A stretch of 64,000 nt of DNA from Candidatus Bathyarchaeota archaeon (GTDB lineage: Archaea > Thermoproteota > Bathyarchaeia > 40CM-2-53-6): assembly GCA_963726255.1 (NCBI GenBank), contig CAVSBL010000002.1, forward strand, positions 1,536,001 to 1,600,000. Reading direction: 5' to 3'. This document shows, in pieces, positions 1-9,594 of this stretch. Made by a program: the position numbers and the translations under genes. Position 1 is the first letter of the stretch. Each line of letters starts with the position of its first letter. A model generated the notes under the pieces. That model did not search any database and was not told the DNA's origin. It saw only the letters and a list, made by a program, of their open reading frames with translations.

Positions 1-15
1 CGGCAGTCGAGCTAC

Positions 16-984
16 TTGGCCGGCTCCATAGGAGCCTTTGTCCAAGTTCTAGGCTTATGGGACATCTACTTCTCCACTCAGCTCGGAACCATTGATGTTT
101 GGTGGACCATGGCTCACCTTGCGCTCTATGTGGGGATTACTGTGTCCGTTCTGGCAATTTGGCGAGGTGTCAAGGCTCCGCGAATGCACCCTGCAAGCAC
201 TGTCCCGATTAATTTTGTGAATGTGGTCGGGCTCAAGTTAGCGCGTGTGGGTTCAGTGATTGAGATCATCGCCCTAATGTGGAGTGAGCTTGCTCAGCAA
301 TTTTTCGCTAGTGAACTCTACACTTCTCTTTTCCTTTCGGCCTTGACTGTCGGCTTGTTGACCGTCACGCTTGGAATGGTCATTGGATTGACAATCGAGT
401 TTGGATTGATCAAGCGCGAGATAATCGCTGCTTCAACCTTTATGCAGTGGTTAACGCTCATTGTGGTTGTGCTGATGTTCGCTTCGATTTGGTTGACGGC
501 AGCTGGGTTTTTCCTATATTTAGCAACCTTATTCAGAACCATACTCGTCAATTTGGTAACGGCGACCTTCCTCGCCCTTGTTGCGCCACTCGTTCTAGTT
601 CCTGCCAAGAGAGTGTTGCCGAGGTTTGGTACGGCTCTATCAATCGGTGTAGTATTCAGTGCAGTGTCTTACTTTGTCGTGGGAATCCGGCAGGCTTCGT
701 CGTATGTTCCGTTGGGATTGCTGCCCTTGGCATTGTTTGACGTTCTGATCTTGGGTTTGAGGCGAGTGATGAATATGACGAAGGCTGGTCTCGTGACGTC
801 GACGTTGACCGGATTACTTTTCGGGGCTACCTACTTTCCGTTCACTTTGTCGCTGTTTCCTTGGTCGTTTTCGCCGCAGCTTCCACTAGTAGCTGTGGTT
901 CTGGGCAGCCTCGCTGGAGCGATACTTGGAAACGCCGTCTTCGCGGGACTTACTTCCGCTGTGTTCCGTGACGTTGCGGGCTGA
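16..984 (+). CDS. Polytopic membrane protein with a degenerate WDxxW(H)...D.WW..H motif; may be 5'-truncated by the window edge
   Basis: About 9-10 hydrophobic segments; N-terminal LWDIYFSTQLGTIDVWWTMAHLALY. Confidence 0.7.
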   Translation: MAGSIGAFVQVLGLWDIYFSTQLGTIDVWWTMAHLALYVGITVSVLAIWRGVKAPRMHPASTVPINFVNVVGLKLARVGSVIEIIALMWSELAQQFFASELYTSLFLSALTVGLLTVTLGMVIGLTIEFGLIKREIIAASTFMQWLTLIVVVLMFASIWLTAAGFFLYLATLFRTILVNLVTATFLALVAPLVLVPAKRVLPRFGTALSIGVVFSAVSYFVVGIRQASSYVPLGLLPLALFDVLILGLRRVMNMTKAGLVTSTLTGLLFGATYFPFTLSLFPWSFSPQLPLVAVVLGSLAGAILGNAVFAGLTSAVFRDVAG

Positions 985-991
985 CGAGCGC

Positions 992-1663
992 CTACTTTTG
1001 TTTGTTTACGTAAATGCCTGCTGCGACATCCAAGCTCAGGGGGTACGAGTTCGAGCCCACCTTAACCATGATCGGGCCCTTGAACGGAGCCTTCTCCTCA
1101 ACCTTTACCTCGACTCCTGGAAGCATTCCTAGGTTGGCCAAGTAGCGTAACAGTTCGGTGTTCTCGTCAGGAATCTCGCTGACGACACCGCGCTGGCCTT
1201 GGCCAAGATTGGATAGGGCTTCGCTTTTTGTTGGTGCCAAGTACCCTTTCTCGTCTGGGATTGGGTTTCCGTGCGGGCAGGTCTCCGGGTTCCCAAGGGT
1301 CTTCTCAATGGAGGTGGCTAGGTTATCGCTTATGGCATGTTCAAGTTTGCATGCTTCCTCATGTGAATCTGTCCAATCATAATGCAAAACGTCGACCAGC
1401 AACCTCTCGGCGAGCCTGTGCCGCCTGAACACTGAGAGGGCGAGGCTTCTTCCTTGCCCTGTCAACTTGACACCCTTGTACGGTTCTCGTTCAACAAGCC
1501 CTTTCCCTTCCAGAACTTCCAGGGTGTTCGTCACACTACCCGGCGTTATGTTCAGTATCTTTGCGATATCTCCGGTTCGTGCGGCTCCGGTCTTCGCTTC
1601 TAGGTTGTAAATGGTTTTTAGGTACATTTCGGGAGCGACTGAGAATTCGTGACTCAAAGGCAA
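992..1663 (-). CDS. mntR: DtxR/MntR-family metal-dependent repressor with C-terminal FeoA/SH3 domain
   Basis: EMYLKTIY, HTH, RRHRLAERLL, EACKLEHAIS, CPHGNPIP, LANLGMLPG; start placed at TTG 1663 (ORF open to 1723). Confidence 0.92.
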   Translation of the reverse strand: MPLSHEFSVAPEMYLKTIYNLEAKTGAARTGDIAKILNITPGSVTNTLEVLEGKGLVEREPYKGVKLTGQGRSLALSVFRRHRLAERLLVDVLHYDWTDSHEEACKLEHAISDNLATSIEKTLGNPETCPHGNPIPDEKGYLAPTKSEALSNLGQGQRGVVSEIPDENTELLRYLANLGMLPGVEVKVEEKAPFKGPIMVKVGSNSYPLSLDVAAGIYVNKQK

Positions 1664-1788
1664 AACCTGACTTTTGTTCCTCGTATCCACAACTAAGGCC
1701 ACCCGAAGAAAGATTCTTGGCATTTAGTATAACTACTGTATAGGCCGCCCGAAGGAGTCTAAATAGGGTACGAGCAGTTGAAAATGTC

Positions 1789-2424
1789 ATGGTCGGTACG
1801 AAACCTGACAAGAAACCTTTCGGAAGGGAGGGCCCGCCGAAAGGATATCCAAAGGACCAGGCCGTTTACGCTGACCCCGAAAACTGGCGTTACCCCCTAC
1901 ATACGCCCTGGCATGCTAAAGCAGCTCGCCGCTACTTTGACGACTCCTCAAACCGAGCCAAATACACTAGGGACGAACAGGCCTACATCGACTGGCGGAT
2001 CAATCAAGCCCTAGAAAAGTTCTCCAAGTCCGGGCCGTCGACAAGTGTGCGACGCCCCCCACCAAAGGTACCTTCCCGCAAGGCCGAAGAGCTAACTTTG
2101 GACCAACTGCTTCGATTATTCTTGGGCGCAGCACGCCTTCAACGTGCAAAGGAAATCGACGATGCACTCGTCACGGTTTCCGATTCAACCCCAGACTATA
2201 TCCGAGGGAAGGTCAAGGAGTATGTGGTCGAGATTAACCTCAAGAACCGAACGATACTGCACGACTGCCAAGATTGGCGCAAGAACATCGCTTCAAAGAA
2301 CATGTGCAAGCACCTCGGCAAGTTTCTATTAACTTTGGATGAAAAGAGGGCGACGAACTTCTTGAGAGAAGTGCTGGTCAACAAGGACAAATGGACTCTT
2401 GCGGCACCGACTACCGCAGAATAA
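1789..2424 (+). CDS. Hypothetical protein: DUF6582-like N-terminus plus C-terminal SWIM-like zinc finger
   Basis: YADPENWRYPLHTPWHAKAARRYF; HDCQDW...MCKHL. Confidence 0.7.
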   Translation: MVGTKPDKKPFGREGPPKGYPKDQAVYADPENWRYPLHTPWHAKAARRYFDDSSNRAKYTRDEQAYIDWRINQALEKFSKSGPSTSVRRPPPKVPSRKAEELTLDQLLRLFLGAARLQRAKEIDDALVTVSDSTPDYIRGKVKEYVVEINLKNRTILHDCQDWRKNIASKNMCKHLGKFLLTLDEKRATNFLREVLVNKDKWTLAAPTTAE

Positions 2425-3701
2425 TCTGCCTGATTATTAGCGGCGAACCTTTTCAGCATCTTCAAAATTTCGTGGCCGTGCTTAATCGTTCCCAGACGCC
2501 CTCTCCTTCCATAACTCTCTGTGAAACGCTCAGAACCGTCCGATTTGACATTCAACCCTGTTACTAGGATTGGCACTGGATCGTCGCTGTGGCCTTTTGT
2601 AACGCACGGAGTAGAGTGGTCGGCGGTAACGCAGAGCAACTTCGACCCTAACTCCTGGAGTCCGGCGAAGAAACCGGCATCGATATCCTCGATAGACTTC
2701 CTCTTTCCATCGAAGTCCCCATCATGTCCAGGCTCATCAGGACCCTTCAGATGAACGTAAACTAGGTCGTATTTCGCGGTGAGTTCCAGGGCCTTCTGTG
2801 TGCGTTGAGTGTAACCTTCAAGCGATCTGTCGGGTGGAAACACATCCGCGTCCATTCCAACCACCTTAGCGATTCCAAGCTCAACAGGCATGTCAGCCAC
2901 GGCTACGGACTTGAACCCGAATTTTTCTTTCAGCGTCTTCACTTTGGGCGTCTTGGTTCCGGCATCACGCATCAAAAGAAAGTTGGCTGGAAGGTCTCTG
3001 CGATCCCTTCTCCGAATGTTAACTGGGTGATCCCTTAGGACATCGAAGATTTCTGCTGCGAATTGGTTCAGGAGTTGCGCCGTTTGTGCTGCGACTTTCG
3101 TTTTGTTTAGCGGAACACACGTGGGTATAGGGGTTGGAAGTGTGACGCCCGATTTCGCAATCGTAACCTTGCCCTTGCGAGCATAAGCTGGGTCGAGGTT
3201 AGAGACGGAGCCTGAAAAACTCCTGTGATCTGCTCGAAAGACTAGTGCACAGCGATGGCCAATGGTCGCTTTGAGTTCGAACTTAGCTAGGGCTTTCAGA
3301 TTCGAGTTTTCGTTGACAGCTTCTACAAGTTCCCGTGCTTCATCCGTGGAGACGTTTCTGCCCGCTCGCCGGTCGGTTATCTGCCCGTCTTGGACGGTGG
3401 CGAAGTTGCACCGCAACGCCAAGTCTCCATTCTTGAACTCCATCCCTGAACCTAGCGCCTCGACAACACCCCTTGAAAGGTCGAGTTTGGACGGGTCGTA
3501 GCTGAGTAGGGAGAAAACGCCCGCATCACTTTCCGGGGCTATTCCCCGTTTCACGGTGTAGAGTATGCCCATCATTCCCTTCGCGGTGAGCTTGTCGAGG
3601 TTTGGAGTCTTCGCTGCCTCCAAGGGAGTTTGGTTTCCGCGTTCTGGGAATGGCAGATCACCCACGCCGTCCAGGATGACATACATTATTGGGTTTCGCA
3701 A
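2196..3701 (-). CDS. apgM: 2,3-BPG-independent phosphoglycerate mutase (ApgM); true 3' end probably ~2437
   Basis: LDGVGD, TPLEAAKTPNLD, PESD, HLKGPDEPGHDG, TADHSTP; the last ~80 codons are antisense to the neighbour and look like read-through. Confidence 0.93.
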   Translation of the reverse strand: MRNPIMYVILDGVGDLPFPERGNQTPLEAAKTPNLDKLTAKGMMGILYTVKRGIAPESDAGVFSLLSYDPSKLDLSRGVVEALGSGMEFKNGDLALRCNFATVQDGQITDRRAGRNVSTDEARELVEAVNENSNLKALAKFELKATIGHRCALVFRADHRSFSGSVSNLDPAYARKGKVTIAKSGVTLPTPIPTCVPLNKTKVAAQTAQLLNQFAAEIFDVLRDHPVNIRRRDRRDLPANFLLMRDAGTKTPKVKTLKEKFGFKSVAVADMPVELGIAKVVGMDADVFPPDRSLEGYTQRTQKALELTAKYDLVYVHLKGPDEPGHDGDFDGKRKSIEDIDAGFFAGLQELGSKLLCVTADHSTPCVTKGHSDDPVPILVTGLNVKSDGSERFTESYGRRGRLGTIKHGHEILKMLKRFAANNQADYSAVVGAARVHLSLLTSTSLKKFVALFSSKVNRNLPRCLHMFFEAMFLRQSWQSCSIVRFLRLISTTYSLTFPRI

Positions 3702-3766
3702 GTCTCAGACACTCGACGGCTATCGTGACGCCCCGTTCAATATATTGATTAGAGCTAGGAAACTGC

Positions 3767-5212
3767 ATGGGTGATAAGGTATGCACAGTGGTCCCCGAGA
3801 AAACTAAGACCAAAATCGTTTGCACGATTGGCCCTTCGACGTCTTCTAGAGTGATGTTGAGACGGTTAACGCGTGCAGGAATGAACGTTGCTAGACTGAA
3901 CCTCTCCCATGGAACCTTAGATGAGCACGCCGCCCGAATGCGTTTGATCCGCTCGGTCTCGAGGGAGTTGAAGACTTCGCTCGGAATCTTGCTTGACTTG
4001 CCAGGGCCGAAGATTCGAGTTGGTAAGGTATTCCCGGAACCGGTGGAGCTGCGAGAAGGTGCACAGTTCACCCTAACGTCAAAGAGGATCATTGGCAACC
4101 AGAGGGCGGTTTCTCTCAGTCATCCTTCGATCTTGAAGCAGCTCAGGAAAGGGGACCGCGTTTTCCTTGAAGACGGCATAGTCCAGCTCTCAGTTCTACA
4201 GGCGAACAAGGACCAGGCCATTTGTAGGATCGTGAGAGGGGGGCACATCTCGTCAGGAAAGGGCGTCAATTTACCTGGGAAGAAGTTGAGACTTGGCGCC
4301 CTGACCAAGCAAGACATTGCCCTCCTTCGGTTCGCCGTTCAAAATGGGGCGGATTTTGTCGCCTTATCATTCGTGACGACCGCGGCTGAAGTTGCTAAAG
4401 CCAAACGACTAGTGAAAGACGCCGGATCTAAGGCGTGGATTATTGCGAAAATCGAAAAGCGCGAAGCGGTCGAGAACTTTGATGCAATTGTGCAGAAGGC
4501 ACATGGAGTAATGGTTGCTCGGGGTGACCTCGGCGTCGAGATGGAGCTTGAGGAGATCCCTACTCTTCAGAAGGAAATAATTGCGAAGGCTAACGCTGCC
4601 GGAAAACCTGTGATTACAGCCACCCAAATGTTGGAGTCCATGGTCAATAACCCTGTCCCAACACGTGCGGAAGTAACTGACATTGCGAACGCCATAATTG
4701 ACGGAACAGACGCGATCATGCTCTCAGAGGAAACTGCGGTAGGAAGGTACCCTGTTGAGGCGGTGAACGTTATGAAGCGAGTTGCCTCCGCAACGGAGAA
4801 GAATTTACCCTACAGTAGACTTCTCAACAGTAGGCGCAGACTTCTAAGACCGATCGTTCAGGATTTAATCAGTTACTCGGCTTGCGTAGTCGCATACCGA
4901 TTAGGCGCGGGTTGCATAGTGGCCCATACGAGAACCGGCCTTACGGCACATCGAGTGTCAAAGTTTCGGTCGCCGGTCCCTATCATTGCTCTGACATACA
5001 TTGTCCCAGTGATGAACAGGCTTTCGCTGCTCTGGGGCGTGTATCCCTACCGTGTAAAGAAACTCTCGACTACGGCTGAAATATTCTCGGCCGCAAAGGT
5101 CGCAGCCCGGCATAGCGGGACAGTTAGCCAAGACGGCAAGATTGTCGTGGTTTGCGGAGACCCATCCACACCCGGCGGCACCACAGACCTCTTACGCGTG
5201 CAGACAGTCTGA
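3767..5212 (+). CDS. pyk: Pyruvate kinase
   Basis: TKIVCTIGP, ARLNLSHG, DLPGPKIR, IIAKIE, MVARGDLGVE, ATQMLESM, PTRAE. Confidence 0.98.
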   Translation: MGDKVCTVVPEKTKTKIVCTIGPSTSSRVMLRRLTRAGMNVARLNLSHGTLDEHAARMRLIRSVSRELKTSLGILLDLPGPKIRVGKVFPEPVELREGAQFTLTSKRIIGNQRAVSLSHPSILKQLRKGDRVFLEDGIVQLSVLQANKDQAICRIVRGGHISSGKGVNLPGKKLRLGALTKQDIALLRFAVQNGADFVALSFVTTAAEVAKAKRLVKDAGSKAWIIAKIEKREAVENFDAIVQKAHGVMVARGDLGVEMELEEIPTLQKEIIAKANAAGKPVITATQMLESMVNNPVPTRAEVTDIANAIIDGTDAIMLSEETAVGRYPVEAVNVMKRVASATEKNLPYSRLLNSRRRLLRPIVQDLISYSACVVAYRLGAGCIVAHTRTGLTAHRVSKFRSPVPIIALTYIVPVMNRLSLLWGVYPYRVKKLSTTAEIFSAAKVAARHSGTVSQDGKIVVVCGDPSTPGGTTDLLRVQTV

Positions 5213-5221
5213 GGAGCATGG

Positions 5222-5265
5222 ACATAGCAACTAAGCAGTTAGTTGCCAGCGACTAACTGCTATGT
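5222..5265. other. Intergenic inverted repeat with two mutually exclusive hairpins
   Basis: GCAGTTAGTTGC (5235-5246) pairs with either GCAACTAA (5227-5234) or GCGACTAACTGC (5249-5260); ACATAGCA/TGCTATGT close the outer stem. Confidence 0.55.
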
Positions 5266-5393
5266 TTAGAGGGGCCTCTGATACGAATTTCTGAGGATAG
5301 GTTTATTCCGAGGCCAGGCCGAAGACCATAACGAGCAACAACCTAGATGACTTTCCGACCAAAGCAACACCATGCCAAGTTGAGGCCGCAGCC

Positions 5394-6461
5394 ATGACTG
5401 TGGGCAAAGAGGCAACACTCTACCAACAACTCCCACATGGCAGGGTGAGATGTACTGCGTGCGCCAGGTATTGCAACATTCCGGAAGGAAAGGTAGGCCT
5501 CTGCGGAATCCGAGGAAACACAAACGGAAAACTCTGGCTCTACGTCTACGGCAAAATAATCGCCGGCCACATAGACCCAATCGAAAAGAAACCCGTAACA
5601 CACTACATGCCCGGAACCAAGATCTTCTCAATCGCAACAACCGGTTGCAATTGGCTCTGTAGCTACTGTCAGAATAGTGACATTAGTCAACGGCGCAAAA
5701 TCGAAGGTTTGGACGCAACTCCCGAAGCGATTGTGGAGATGACGAAGCGCTATCGTTGTGAGGGGTTGGCCTATACCTACAATGAGCCATCGATCTTCAT
5801 CGAGTTCGCCCACGATATTGGGGTTCAGGCGCGGAAGGCTGGGCTGATCAACATATTCGTCTCGAACGGATATGACACGCCTGAGACGGTTGGGTTGATG
5901 CGGGATTTCCTCGATTGCATAACCGTCGACTTCAAGGGCAGTGGTGAAACCTCCTTTGTTAGGAAGTATATCGGAATCGCTAACGCCGACCCAATCTTCC
6001 AGACACTGCTAGAGATCCGTGACAAGACGAAGGTCCACATTGAAATCACGGACTTAATTGTCCCGGAGGTCGGAGACGACCTAGGAGTTGCGAAGAGGCT
6101 GTCTTCCTGGATTTATGATAACCTAGGCCCTGATACGCCGATTCACTTCCTACGCTTCCACCCAGACTACAAGATGATGAACCTACCACCAACCCCAGTC
6201 AAAACCCTGGAGAAGCATCACGCAATCGCCAAAGAAGTCGGGTTGAATTATGTGTACTTGGGCAACGTACCGGGGCACCCGCTCGAACACACCTATTGCT
6301 CAGGTTGCGGTAAGATGATTGTGGAACGGTTTGGTTTCGACATCACGGGCTGGCATATGGACGACCAGAACCGGTGCAAGTACTGTGGAAACGAAATCCC
6401 GATCGTAGGCCACTTGAGTAAGTCAATAAACGAAGAACGCTTCATCCCCATAGTAATGTGA
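5394..6461 (+). CDS. amrS: AmmeMemoRadiSam system radical SAM enzyme (PflA-like)
   Basis: CTACARYC, DPIEKKP, CNWLCSYCQN, YTYNEP, HFLRFHPDY, YVYLGNVPG, terminal Cys pairs. Confidence 0.93.
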   Translation: MTVGKEATLYQQLPHGRVRCTACARYCNIPEGKVGLCGIRGNTNGKLWLYVYGKIIAGHIDPIEKKPVTHYMPGTKIFSIATTGCNWLCSYCQNSDISQRRKIEGLDATPEAIVEMTKRYRCEGLAYTYNEPSIFIEFAHDIGVQARKAGLINIFVSNGYDTPETVGLMRDFLDCITVDFKGSGETSFVRKYIGIANADPIFQTLLEIRDKTKVHIEITDLIVPEVGDDLGVAKRLSSWIYDNLGPDTPIHFLRFHPDYKMMNLPPTPVKTLEKHHAIAKEVGLNYVYLGNVPGHPLEHTYCSGCGKMIVERFGFDITGWHMDDQNRCKYCGNEIPIVGHLSKSINEERFIPIVM

Positions 6462-6660
6462 ACCACATAGCCAGGAACAAATTCTATCCACGTCGTCGAG
6501 GTTCGTGGTCGCGTTCGTTCTTCTCAGGACACTGACTTCCAGACGAAGCCAAGCTGGTCAGCGTAGGTGCGCGCCTCTCTTATCTCCTGCGTGCGAGCGA
6601 TGGTACCTTATACTTTCTCAGAGCAGCATCTCAGTGGGGACGCAAGATTCCCAATCAACC

Positions 6661-6736
6661 GGAACGCGATTAATGTTGAGGGCCGTCGGCTCGAAGGATG
6701 ATGCCTGTTACAAGACCCCAGGTGTCGAAACTGCCA
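6661..6736 (+). repeat. Diverged direct repeat, copy A (partner at 13397-13476)
   Basis: 62 identities in 80 columns by manual alignment; additional exact 12-mer TACTTTCTCAGA at 6611 and 13249. Confidence 0.8.
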
Positions 6737-6821
6737 CCGCTCAATTGAAATGATAGCATAAAGCTTCTTACTGTGCATACCACAGAGTGAAAAGTCGAGC
6801 AAATCTCGAAACCGTTGGTAT

Positions 6822-8339
6822 TTGCATATGAAAAAATCGGGAAAACAAAGCCGCCTCATGTATATTGACGGCGAATGGCTGCCTTCTTCTTCTGATGAAT
6901 GGGTGGACGTACATGACCCGTCCACGGGAAAAGTGATCGATAAGGTTCCTTCTGCAGCAGACGACGATGTAGGCAAGGCCATAGACGCCGCTAAGGACGC
7001 ATTCGATAGAGGAATCTGGAGCAAGATCACCCCAGGCGACAGAGCAAACGCGTTACTAAGAATCGCGTCTATGCTGGAACAAAATATCGGCCATTTCGCT
7101 GAACTCGAGACACTAAATAACGGTAAGTCGATCAGGCAATCAACAACCTACGACTTGCCATATTCGGTCGATAACATACGGTACATCGCCGGCGCGGCGC
7201 GCATTTTGAATGGAGATGCGATGGCAGAATATGTGCCTGAGGGTACGAGCGGCATTCGAAGAGAACCAATCGGCGTCGTCGGAGTAATCACCCCGTGGAA
7301 CTATCCGCTAATGATGGCTGTTTGGAGAGCCTTCCCGGCATTGGCGACGGGTAACACTGTAGTAATCAAGCCGGCAAGTTACACGCCGCTCACAACGATC
7401 GAGCTGGGCAAACTTGTTCAGAAGGCGGAAGTTCCAAAAGGAGTTTTCAACATTGTCACGGGCCCCGGAGGAAGAGTCGGGGAACAATTAGCACGGCACA
7501 AGGATATCGATATGATTGCTTTCACGGGCAGCACCGAGGTCGGCAGGCGATTAGGGGAACTTGGGGCAAATACCGTCAAAAAAGTCTCTCTAGAACTCGG
7601 GGGCAAAGCTCCATTCATAGTTCTGGAAGACGCTGACCTTGACGCTGCTACGGAAGGCGCAGTCGTCGGCGGCATAATAAACAATGGCCAGGACTGCGCA
7701 AATTCGACAAGATACTACGTCCATGATTCAAAGCTGGAGGAATTCCAAACTCTGCTCGTTGAGAAGCTAAAGAAAGTACGCGTAGGGGACCCAAGCAACA
7801 TGGAAACGGACATGGGCCCATTAGTGTCCCAAGGCCAGCAAAAGCGCGTCAAGAAATATGTGGACGAAGGAATCGAACAAGGAGGGCGCCTACTCTTTGG
7901 CGGAAAGATTCCACAAGTTCCCGGGCACGAGAATGGTTACTTCTTGGAACCCACAGCTATTTACACAGAAAACCACGACTCTTCCATAGTTCAGGAAGAA
8001 ATCTTTGGGCCAGTCTTTACTGTACTCAAAACATCGGACCTAGATGATGCCATCAAGAAGAGCAATGAAGTGATCTATGGACTCGGCGCGTCCGTCTGGA
8101 CAAAGGACGTTACACGGGCCATGAGGGCGGTTCGAGATCTAAGGTTCGGCACAGTCTGGGTCAATGACCATATCCCGGTACCCTCCGAAATGCCATGGGC
8201 TGGCTACAAGCAAAGCGGACATGGGGCCTCACTGTCGCGATACAGCCTAGAGGAATGCACATACATCAAGCACGTCTACTTCGACCTAACTGGCGCCGTC
8301 AGAAAATCTTGGTACCATCAAATATACGGCAAGAAATGA
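6822..8339 (+). CDS. NAD-dependent aldehyde dehydrogenase (aminobutyraldehyde/betaine aldehyde type)
   Basis: ITPWNYP, FTGSTEVG, LELGGK, catalytic Cys in GQDC, EEIFGPV. Confidence 0.95.
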   Translation: MHMKKSGKQSRLMYIDGEWLPSSSDEWVDVHDPSTGKVIDKVPSAADDDVGKAIDAAKDAFDRGIWSKITPGDRANALLRIASMLEQNIGHFAELETLNNGKSIRQSTTYDLPYSVDNIRYIAGAARILNGDAMAEYVPEGTSGIRREPIGVVGVITPWNYPLMMAVWRAFPALATGNTVVIKPASYTPLTTIELGKLVQKAEVPKGVFNIVTGPGGRVGEQLARHKDIDMIAFTGSTEVGRRLGELGANTVKKVSLELGGKAPFIVLEDADLDAATEGAVVGGIINNGQDCANSTRYYVHDSKLEEFQTLLVEKLKKVRVGDPSNMETDMGPLVSQGQQKRVKKYVDEGIEQGGRLLFGGKIPQVPGHENGYFLEPTAIYTENHDSSIVQEEIFGPVFTVLKTSDLDDAIKKSNEVIYGLGASVWTKDVTRAMRAVRDLRFGTVWVNDHIPVPSEMPWAGYKQSGHGASLSRYSLEECTYIKHVYFDLTGAVRKSWYHQIYGKK

Positions 8340-9024
8340 AAGAGCAGTATTCCCGTCCTATCGAATGCTGCGTACGGTAAGTGTGATTTCTACGATACGC
8401 CACGGCGGTGTAGTAGATTACTAGGCCTACCCGTATATGCCCACGAAGCCTGTTGCTTGAAGGCCCATTGTGGCATACGAAGGATTTCGCCATTCTCGTG
8501 AAGAGGCTTTCGAAATCCTCGGGGGCGTTAGGAGAAAGGATCGTGTAAATCACGAAGTATCTTGAGGAATCCTGACAGTGAATGTGAACTGAGTATGTGA
8601 GACGTTTCGTGGCCTTTGTCTTAGAGAAGAACAACCCTCCGAGCGACAACTCGTCAAACCTAACTTGATTGTAGGCTGCTTTATGAGAGTTGACGTCTAG
8701 CGAGCTATCTACTAATCTCTCCACTTTTCCGACTGTTCGACTTTTCGTCATAGCCTTGATGCTGTGGTCAGCCTGTTCCTTGACTGTCTGGAAGTTATTT
8801 TGCACCGTCGCAAGGTCACCCCATGAAAGGAAGAGCTTCTCCCTATCGGGGAAGTGTATGACTATGTCTCCTTTATCGCGTCTGCTCTTCGGGTTGAATT
8901 CGAAGCGGCAGACTGGCGGATATTCTATAGAGAATCCGTATACACTGAACCGCTCTAGTTCGGCGCTTTCCAACAAAACAACTCTCTTGCTATGCGAGGT
9001 CATGCGAAACACTTGATTTAACAT
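8299..9024 (-). CDS. Hypothetical protein (both ends uncertain)
   Basis: 241-aa ORF with a protein-like core (FSVYGFSIEYP...LFLSWGDL...IHC); tail overlaps the ALDH gene by 41 nt. Confidence 0.65.
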   Translation of the reverse strand: MLNQVFRMTSHSKRVVLLESAELERFSVYGFSIEYPPVCRFEFNPKSRRDKGDIVIHFPDREKLFLSWGDLATVQNNFQTVKEQADHSIKAMTKSRTVGKVERLVDSSLDVNSHKAAYNQVRFDELSLGGLFFSKTKATKRLTYSVHIHCQDSSRYFVIYTILSPNAPEDFESLFTRMAKSFVCHNGPSSNRLRGHIRVGLVIYYTAVAYRRNHTYRTQHSIGREYCSFISCRIFDGTKIF

Positions 9025-9144
9025 TTCTTCAGGAGAAAAGAATGGTCACCTATAATGACAGTTCCGGTTATCTCAAAATTCCCGCATTACTCATAAGCGA
9101 GCACTACGGATTAGGCACCTCAAACACTGGAGGAAACATGAATT

Positions 9145-9588
9145 TTGATTCAGTTCCCAAAATTGACACTCGAGGATGCACGGGTCGGGATTGAAGCGGC
9201 GAAGAAGAAAGCCACCGAAATCAATGTCCCCATGGACATTGCTGTTGTTGACGAAGCGGGAAACATTCTCGCCTTCGAGCGCATGGACGGCGGATTGGTG
9301 GGAAGTATTCAGATAGCAATCGACAAGGCGTATACTGCTTCAGTGCTAAGGCTACCCACTGGAGAAGAAGGAAAAATCGCACAGCCAGGCGGGCCTGATT
9401 TTGGCATCAACTCAACTTGCGGCGGGCGTATCGTGATCTTCGCTGGTGGGGTACCCGTAAAACTCGACAAGCTCGTTCTTGGAGCAGTAGGCTGTAGTTC
9501 GGGAACAGTCGAAGAAGACACATCGGTGGCAGAAGCAGGGGCATCAGCCATAGAAGCCTGTTTGAAAGCACAGGTCGAACAAATGTGA
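9145..9588 (+). CDS. GlcG/HbpS-family heme-binding protein
   Basis: IAVVDEAG, FERMDG, IAIDKAYTA, FAGGVP, GAVGCSSG...D. Confidence 0.92.
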   Translation: MIQFPKLTLEDARVGIEAAKKKATEINVPMDIAVVDEAGNILAFERMDGGLVGSIQIAIDKAYTASVLRLPTGEEGKIAQPGGPDFGINSTCGGRIVIFAGGVPVKLDKLVLGAVGCSSGTVEEDTSVAEAGASAIEACLKAQVEQM

Positions 9589-9594
9589 ATGCTT

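Noticed and set aside
16-984. amoC/pmoC call
   Set aside because: A key His is missing, the length and TM count differ, and there is no amoA or amoB nearby.
2196-2436. Genuine 229-nt antisense overlap or C-terminal extension of ApgM
   Set aside because: Tandem TAA TAA lie one base out of frame at the expected end, so a one-base deletion is the simpler explanation.
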